Shown piece by piece: positions 56,547 through 64,000 of a stretch of 64,000 nucleotides of DNA. The notes beneath the pieces were generated by a model, which saw only the letters and a program-made list of their open reading frames with translations, was not told the DNA's origin and did not search any database. Location of the stretch: the NCBI GenBank assembly GCA_004764695.1, contig SMSO01000037.1, forward strand, positions 968,747 through 1,032,746. Reading direction: 5' to 3'. Origin of the DNA: Schizochytrium sp. TIO01. Its lineage: Eukaryota > Protista > Bigyra: Labyrinthulomycetes. The position numbers and the translations under genes were made by a program. Positions within the stretch are counted from its first letter, which is position 1, and every line of letters starts with the position of its first letter.

Positions 56547-59066
56547 TTAATCACGTTCAGTTGTGGAGTCTTGGGATCCTCGGTACATACCCGAAAGGAA
56601 TTTAGTGAGTGACCTGCGCGATCTTACACGTGAGGCATCGGTACTAGCGCGTCTACGAATTTTCTCTTCCAGGAGGGATTGCCTAGCTTCCTCCTCAGCA
56701 GCTCGTGCTTCTTCGACCTCTTCCATTTCTTTCTCGTGGACCTTTTTACGCTCTGCTCGAGAGTCGGCCTGGTACATGCAAAGAAGCTTACTGCGAACCG
56801 ATGAGCGGTCTTGAGATCTGCGCGAAATGTCAGCTGCTGCAAAGCTTGACAGGTCCGGAAGCTCTTCTGCGCTAGATGTATGATCGCGCGGACTTTCTAA
56901 TTCTTCAGCGAGGTATGTGTGTTCGTCTCCCATTTGACTTTGCGCGTCCTCATTTCCATTTATATTAGTCACACTGTTGCGGATCGAAGATCGCGCAGAT
57001 GATTTGCTCAGACGCTGGCTGGAGCGTCTGCTTGATGCACTCATGCGCTCACTTGCAGATGCACTTGCCGCAGAGCGCCTACTGGATGTGCTCATGCGCT
57101 CACTTGCAGCTGCACTTGCCGCAGAGCGCCTACTGGATGTGCTCATGCGCTCACTCGCAGCTGCACTTGCCGCAGAGCGCCTACTGGATGTGCTCATGCG
57201 CTCACTTGCAGCTGCACTTGCCGCAGAGCGTCTACTGGATGTGCTCATGCGCTCACTTGCAGCTGCACTTGCCGCAGAGCGTCTACTGGATGTGCTCATG
57301 CGCTCACTTGCAGCTGCACTTGCTGCAGAGCGTCTGCTTGATGCACTTATGCGCTCACTTGGGACTGCACTAGCTCGTGTGCTCCTGCTTGCAATGCTCA
57401 AACGCTGGTCGCCAGCGATGCTTGATCTTGTAGTCATAACGCTTGCTCTCCTGCTTGAGAGGCTAGCATGCTTAACAGCAACCCCGATTTCCTCCTGAAG
57501 AATGTCATCCTCAGTTTGCTCAGCAATACTATCGCGATGATCATCTTCATCACCAGCTTCATCTTCTTCGTGCTCTTCATTGCTAGCAGGGTTCTCTTTG
57601 GCGGCTCGGCGTTCACCCATGAGAAGATCGAGTCTTGCAGTAGCAGTTTCCAAGGCTTCAAGCCATTCTGCATCACGATCACCCTGGAATTCGAGAAGGT
57701 CATCGACTTCGGCAAGAGCTTGCGCAAGCTCTTCATCAGGGACGGAGTCTTTATCATCCTCATTAACAATATCGTCAAGCTCATCATCATTCAAGTCAAC
57801 AGAAGCAGCACGTGCCTTCTCTTCATCTTCTTCATCATCACTGTCTTGCTGAGATTTTTCGTCGTCACTTTCATCGCCGCTGGCATCAGAATCGTGCAGA
57901 CTTACTACTGCTTCTCTTTCTTCAACACGGTCCTCCTCCGTGTCGCTGTCTGCAGCGAGCATGCCAGATTTTGAGCTTGCAATGCTTACTGCATCATCGT
58001 CAGAGTCTGCAGCTTCTGATTTCTCTTCATCGTCATCATCTTTCTCATCCTCTGCATCGGATGCGCTTGTGTTTCCGTCTTCCAAATCTTCTTCAGCCTC
58101 AAATTCGAGATCGTCTGCAACAGAGCTCTCCGCATCACTAATTTTCTGCTGATCGTCTTCTTCGGCTACATCAAGAGCGAAATCGACCTCTTGGTCACGT
58201 ACAGACTCATCAGAGCTTTCACCTTCAGATTCGTGATCTTCGTTGTCTTCCTCTGTATGATTTTCAGAAATGTACGGCAATGCGAAGAGCACAGGAGGGG
58301 CCTCAAGTCGCTCTCCACGAGTCGATGATGAGTCTCTAGTGCTAGACATACTGAGTCGTTTTTTGGCGGCAACAGCCAGGGAAGACATCTTCTTCCGAGC
58401 TCGGGTCCATGTGGAGTGCGGAAGAGCTTCTTCTTCGTCGCGATTCATAGGGAAAGGATACGGCCGTGAAATATTACGGTGCAGCTGGAACCGAGCGCTG
58501 TCTCGCTGGCGGCCGAATTCGCCACGATTACTTTCCCACATGTTCACGTTTGAGGTATCAATGACTCCGTCCATGCGAAAACTGCCCATGTTGAGGATAG
58601 AGACTGTGCCATTTGGATTTGATCGGAGCTCTGGAAGAGGCGCAGTCTTGCCACGGAGAGCTGCAGACGATGTGCCGGAGTAGTGCGAGGAGACGCTAGC
58701 ATTCTCTTCTTCAGACAAGACCCCATCTTCTTTGGCAATTAGGAAAAGGTTAAGGACAGTGTCTACGACGGCACGAGGGTTTTTGAACTCGAAGAGGTCC
58801 ACGGAATCAAAGAGATGCCGACTGGGCACGCCAATATCTCTAGCGGCCTTCAAAAACATGGAAATATTTTCCAATTGTCTGAAAGCAATATTGCCACGGT
58901 AGATTTTTTTAAGGGAGTCTGGCCAGCAATGGTTGAACACGTCACAGAGCACAGTACCATCATGCAAGGCGTCCATTAAAGGAGCGTCCAGAGGCCTATC
59001 TAGGCATCTTTCAATCCATGCTGCCGCATGCTCTTCATCTGCGGCTGAAGCGCTCGCAACTGACAT
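56547..59066 (-). CDS. Calponin-homology (calponin/transgelin-type) domain protein with long acidic region and Ser/Arg-rich tandem repeats
   Basis: WIE..LHDGTVLC..N..QLENISMFLKAARDIGVP..LFDSVDLFEFKNPRAVVDTVLNL is a type-3 CH domain, followed by a D/E-rich low-complexity region. First ATG is at 59066; an upstream exon cannot be excluded. Confidence 0.82.
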   Translation of the reverse strand: MSVASASAADEEHAAAWIERCLDRPLDAPLMDALHDGTVLCDVFNHCWPDSLKKIYRGNIAFRQLENISMFLKAARDIGVPSRHLFDSVDLFEFKNPRAVVDTVLNLFLIAKEDGVLSEEENASVSSHYSGTSSAALRGKTAPLPELRSNPNGTVSILNMGSFRMDGVIDTSNVNMWESNRGEFGRQRDSARFQLHRNISRPYPFPMNRDEEEALPHSTWTRARKKMSSLAVAAKKRLSMSSTRDSSSTRGERLEAPPVLFALPYISENHTEEDNEDHESEGESSDESVRDQEVDFALDVAEEDDQQKISDAESSVADDLEFEAEEDLEDGNTSASDAEDEKDDDDEEKSEAADSDDDAVSIASSKSGMLAADSDTEEDRVEEREAVVSLHDSDASGDESDDEKSQQDSDDEEDEEKARAASVDLNDDELDDIVNEDDKDSVPDEELAQALAEVDDLLEFQGDRDAEWLEALETATARLDLLMGERRAAKENPASNEEHEEDEAGDEDDHRDSIAEQTEDDILQEEIGVAVKHASLSSRRASVMTTRSSIAGDQRLSIASRSTRASAVPSERISASSRRSAASAAASERMSTSSRRSAASAAASERMSTSSRRSAASAAASERMSTSSRRSAASAAASERMSTSSRRSAASAAASERMSTSSRRSAASASASERMSASSRRSSQRLSKSSARSSIRNSVTNINGNEDAQSQMGDEHTYLAEELESPRDHTSSAEELPDLSSFAAADISRRSQDRSSVRSKLLCMYQADSRAERKKVHEKEMEEVEEARAAEEEARQSLLEEKIRRRASTDASRVRSRRSLTKFLSGMYRGSQDSTTERD
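57022..57378 (-). repeat. Coding 51-bp tandem repeat, ~7 copies (SERMSTSSRRSAASAAA)
   Basis: Unit starts are 51 nt apart (57022, 57073, 57124 ... 57328); the inner five copies are nearly identical. Confidence 0.93.
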
Positions 59067-62000
59067 CTTAATTTGTGATTGCTGGCTTTGAATAAGCCAC
59101 TCCTGTTTCAATACTACCTTACTTCTGCTACTACAAGCAAGATTCTAAAAAGCTACGCAATGGGATTTTGAGGACTCCAATGACCCTCTTAATTCAAGAA
59201 GAGTAGATTTAGACTTCAGGTATGATCTTGTTTCTGGTCCCTTTCACCAACTTTTTGAGTGGAGTTTCCGTGATCTCGTGAATAGAAGGTACAGGTCACT
59301 GCACCTGCTCAACTCCGACCAGAGCCGTCTCGCAAACCACTGCTTTAGTCCTAGAGACGCACGAACGACTTGCACCGTAGCCTCGGCGTACGTCGAGCGA
59401 AGACTAACCTCGACCTCAGTTCTGCACTTACAGCCGCGTCGCTGTGTCTAGTCCTCTGAGCTAATCCCCAGGTCAGTCGGACGATCAACCACCCGGTTGA
59501 TCAGTCAGCAACCTACGAGAAAGGGAAAGAAAGGTTGCTTGCCGGTCTAGGCCACGACGCAAGAGACCTCGTATTTCTAGTTTGCTTTGAGCCAAGGCAT
59601 GGACTTTATAATTTGTCATTTGTTTTATCAGCCTTCAGAAGTTGCCAACTTCATTGCAAGCCACTAGTACTCGTCAACATCCCAGTAGGAATGGGCCACA
59701 CAAAAACATCTTTACCAAAAGTTGTGTTCCTACTACATTTTAACTTTTTAATCGTAAATAACACCATATTCGCAACTTGGAAATGAATGCTACGACCCAT
59801 CTACGCAGCCACTAACGAGTACTGCTTGAAGCTGCTCTCCAAGTTTTTCACACTCTCTGTTTCCACGATCACACCTTAAGTGGAATTCGTGAATCACCAC
59901 CGAAGCTGATGTTTATTGTACAGAATTCCTTCCATTGTTATCACGATGCTCACCATGACACAATCACCATCCATGATGACGATCTTCAAGTCTTTCCATC
60001 GCCTTCTACGATCTCTCGTTCAGGAGGAACTTCTATTCGAAGGCCTTTCAACAATCTTACTTTCAGTTCCCTCTTCCCGCTGGGGCTTTCGAATCCTCCT
60101 TCCTTCAACTCGCAGGCCTATGCGCCCATTCCTATGCGAAACGGTAGCACCCCCATCTAAATAACAAAAGCAAGACTCCCTTCATGCCCCTCCAAACAGA
60201 CTCTTTGCACAAACAACCCGCACGTGCCTTACTGCCCCCACCGGAGCAGTTATTCTAAACACCTATAGTTGCACTCATCCTAGGTACTGGTACTGGGTGG
60301 TACATTAAACATTACACGAAATATATATCACACATTAGAAGTCATTGGTACCGAAAAGAGGGACACCGTAGTCACGCGCAAGAGGCGGCACGTGAAGGGT
60401 GTATGGGGAGAGTTGTGTGGTTGGAGAAGCGATAGAGAAGTAGGAAGGTAGTATACTAAGATATGAGAAATGTGAAAAGAAGTGCACGTCTAAATCAGGG
60501 CACTTGAGAACGAGAGGACTGCGAGGAATTACAACCAACACGACATTGAACACTAGCTGGAGCGGAGCTAGCTAGCTAGCACCCTTCACGTTGAGTGCTG
60601 ACGCCAGGTGCACGACGAAACGGTGCTGCTGGCAGCGGCCGTAGCGGCGGTTTCCTGCTCAGCTTGGGTAACTTCGTTGACCTTGCGCTGCTCGATGAGT
60701 GGCGAGGGAAGAAATCAATCACAATTTATGGCACGGACACTACAGATGGAAGCACTGTGCGCTAAGGTTTAGAGTAGGCTCCGAGATAGAGGGCGTTGGT
60801 TCACTTTAATGACATCAGAGACGTGCTCGACATTGAATTGGGCTTCGTTTTGTCAACCCGAGTTGACGAAGATCATGAACGGTATATCATCGTCCTCAAG
60901 TTGACCATCAAGATCGCACCTTTCAGATTCACCATGTACGATGGATAGTGAGAGCTGTGCCAGTTCTGGCTTACACGCTGCTTGGCCATGGCCAAAAGCA
61001 GTGCGAAGCATGTGCTCTGCAAAGCTAGCAAAGCCGCGGTCCGCTTTGGCCAAGCAAGTTCTCTTCCTCTTGCGGTCTACTGATCATGTGCCGATATGAG
61101 TGTGCACCGAAGCGGCGTGAAGAGGGTCGGGTGAAATCATGATGTTGCTGATGATGATGATGGTGGTGGCGGTCATAGCCTCGGCCGGCCTGCTGAATTG
61201 GCGTACTTTGTGGCGTGATAGTCTAAGTTATTGATTCAGACTCGAGGGCTTCCTCCGCTTGAGGTGGTAATAGATGGTGCCTTCAGCGACTTTGGCTTCG
61301 CTAGTAGACGCACGACACGGGATCTTTAGGTGTAACTGTCTGTGCGTGCTAACCGCAAGTTGGATCTTCAAGTAGAGTAAACGAGGTAACTGTTTTTCAA
61401 GCAGGGCAGTACTAGGTAGGTGGCAAAGAACACGGCAGAAGGTCTCATCATAGACTGGGAATGTGTGGGTCCGCTCACAACTTAGAACTAGCAGCAACTC
61501 GGACGATGATTATCTTGAAACATGATCATGATCAAATCGCCGAGGAAGTTTATTCAATTCATGATGACTGCCTGCCCAGCATCACCCAGCCATAGACTCT
61601 CAATGCCTCAGAGTCGGGTCTTCATGAGTGGCTTTACAGAGTAGCCTTTTAGCTGAGAACCAAGCTCAGAGCCCAGGCTCCAAGCCGCGCTGTACTGATC
61701 ACAACGTCGCCATTTGCTCATAACTACTAAACTTGGTTTCTGAGCACAAGAAAACACACGCTCGCCACATCCCAGCTTGCTCCCTGTCGTTCTTGGCCAC
61801 AGATCTGCCTCCACGATCGTTCCTGAGAAGCCTGGTCCTAGCACGAACCAAAGCCGCAGTGCCATGCCATCGTTGTTGATCATTCATTGACCATCCATGT
61901 CAATGCGCACCATCCTGACCTGATCATGATAACGCGAGCTAGAAGCTGCTTCGCTAGCCACAATCAAACAAACAAACAAAGCAGCAAACAAAACAAACGC

Positions 62001-64000
62001 TTCCGAGCAGCTCGGGCTCGGATTCTGCCACCAGCGCTGGCGCAGCTTCGAGTTCGCTTCCTCCTCCATCCTCCAAGAGCGCGATCGAGCGGGGGTGCCT
62101 ACCTGCTGCTGCCTCGCAAAGTTATCGATGTGTATGGCCATCTATCTATCTCTCGATCGCTCGCTTGGTCGTCTGCTTGCCTTTTTCTCAGCTGCTGCTT
62201 GCCTTCGCACAGGCTCCGGCTGTGCATCCCAGCCGTCTCGCCGCCTTCTGTGTGCAGGCCGCACGGGTTGCCATGGCCTGGGTTGGACCCGCTCGTCGAA
62301 GGAAGGAGCCCACGGCGGCGTCGATGTCGTGAACGATTGCTTGCAGCTCCAAGGGCGAACGCTAAGCTTGGACTGGCCTTCTTTCTGCCGCAGCTGCCCA
62401 CGGGTTCCCTCGCGCGCACAATCGTGATTTGCATCGAGAACTTGAAACGATCCAAGCTCAAGAACTTGCAGTACAAGAACTTGCAGTACCAGATTCGGCG
62501 CCGAGGTGTGCGAAAGACATGGTACGCTTTGTGGCTTCGCGATCGTCAAGGCTCGGGAGGAGGAGACCTAGGTCCTTCTTGAAGATGCACTAGGCCGGCC
62601 AAAGCGCTCGCTGCCTTGGACTCCGCTGGAGACCTGGGCAATCAATCGGTAGGCACGGACGGTCCATGGCACTTGCAAGCGAGCGCTTTGGAGGCTTCCA
62701 AGGGCCACCTTCCTTGAAGATGAGGACCTGGAAGACCACCGGGGGACGAGCGAAACCTCTCGGCTGGGAGGAGGCATGACATGTATGTGGTATATGTATG
62801 AGTCGTGGTGCTCAATTGAGGTTCCAGAGACTCTGAAATGCCACGCTGGCGGCAGGTCTAGGATATGGAGAGGGGAAAGCACATCCTGGCAGATGAGGAG
62901 ATTCGCGACACGAGTGACTCTCTTCAGAATCCCAGGCGCGTAATACCTGGCGTGGAGAACAACTGCCACCAACTGCCACAGCTCGAAGGCAAAAGGATGA
63001 AGAAACGGCCATCATCGGAATTGGTGGGTCACCTTTCTTCTACCAAAGATCACGATTGTGCTCGGATAGTCTGATGAAATGGTTCCACCAGAAGAGGAGG
63101 GATCTTGCACTTTGCAAAGTCTGAAAATAGAGAAGAAGAGTTTTGAGCTCACCAGTTCACTGCTACTAAGCTGGCGAGCTTGAACTTCTTGGAGAACTGG
63201 ACAGCGGCACGGAGGATGGCAGGTGCAACCGAAGAACCCTGAGAAGAAGCATATAGTATTATATAGAGCACATACTTTTAATGAATTATTTATCTCTGCA
63301 TTCACAGATAGACCTTTAAATCTTACGTAGCGAAGCTATTTTTATGGGTAGAACGATGTTTTGCTGGGTTTTATTAACCGTGTACTGTTGGGCTTCTCTT
63401 TTCTCTTTGTCTTGCATGATATCAAAGGTTAATGTGCTATTTGAAGGGAGTTGCTGAAATTGTCAGGTAGTCATGGTGTTGAAACAAGTGCAAGGCAGGT
63501 CGAAGCTTCGTGCACACAAATTGAGGTATATATATGGTTTCAATACCTGCAGGCTCTGTCTGACGTCTTTTTAGTTCCATACAAACCATGCCGAACAACT
63601 TGTGAAATCTATATGCCTTTGCTAATGCATCAAATAGTTAATCATGGCTTTGTGAAGTTCTTCATTTGTAGCTTCATGGGAGCATAGCAAAAGTACGCAG
63701 CTCAGCAATAGTATCAACGCATAGTGAGTGGCGCATATTGAATAAATGATAATTTTTTGTCTTATGTTTTAGTTTTCTTCTTCAATTCTATCGCAAACAG
63801 AAAAGCAACGGCCGTAAAAACATCTGCGAACTGACATAGAGAACCAATCTACGTAAAAATGTATGCATAAACCGCCTCTACATTAAAGGGGCCTTCACAT
63901 CTGATATCAAAACAAAAAGAGTGCCTTGCAATGCTCCCGAACTCTTTGCAAAGACAAATGGGTGATGTCCAATTAATTATTTCCTGGAGGTCATGATTGA

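Noticed and set aside
57022-57378. 51-bp repeat as a possible CRISPR-like array, and the antisense ORF 56977-57498
   Set aside because: Contiguous tandem units with no unique spacers, in frame within a eukaryotic CDS, and no cas genes; the antisense ORF is a by-product of the repeat.
61561-61657. Possible C/D-box snoRNA (ATGATGA ... CTGA)
   Set aside because: Only a 3-bp terminal stem and no recognisable antisense guide; such boxes occur by chance.
59150-64000. Possible transposon or viral insertion at the window end, including ORF 61887-62582
   Set aside because: No transposase, RT, integrase or capsid motifs and no LTR/TIR seen; the ORFs are short, overlapping and low-complexity.

Overview
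Eukaryotic nuclear DNA, not prokaryotic: it has a GT-AG spliced ArfGAP gene plus LSM2, PLK4-like, Misato, SHE9/MDM33 and SLC25 genes. Genes are almost all intronless and the intergenic DNA is rich in microsatellites, which fits a thraustochytrid/labyrinthulomycete-type stramenopile (inference, not verified). About 18 protein-coding loci are present, in order: ArfGAP (2 exons), LSM2, a divergent beta-propeller-like gene, PLK4/SAK-like kinase, an unknown protein split by a +1 break, a hotdog thioesterase, a catalytically dead enolase with a mitochondrial-type presequence, three tandem ketopantoate-reductase-like paralogues, SHE9/MDM33, then a ~13.5 kb gene-free microsatellite desert, a CDPK7-like EF-hand/split-PH/kinase, two TPR paralogues (one frameshifted), a 1767-aa membrane protein, Misato, a PMP34/ANT1-like carrier and a calponin-homology protein with 51-bp repeats. 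I found no rRNA, tRNA, CRISPR array or intact transposon. The best candidate for a little-described system is the 1767-aa protein, which joins a large repeated beta-rich ectodomain (TULIP/BPI-like by inference) to two PqiA/LetA-like membrane units; it may be a single-chain eukaryotic lipid tunnel plus permease. The next best is the mitochondrial pseudo-enolase. All family calls come from motif recognition by eye; no searches were run.
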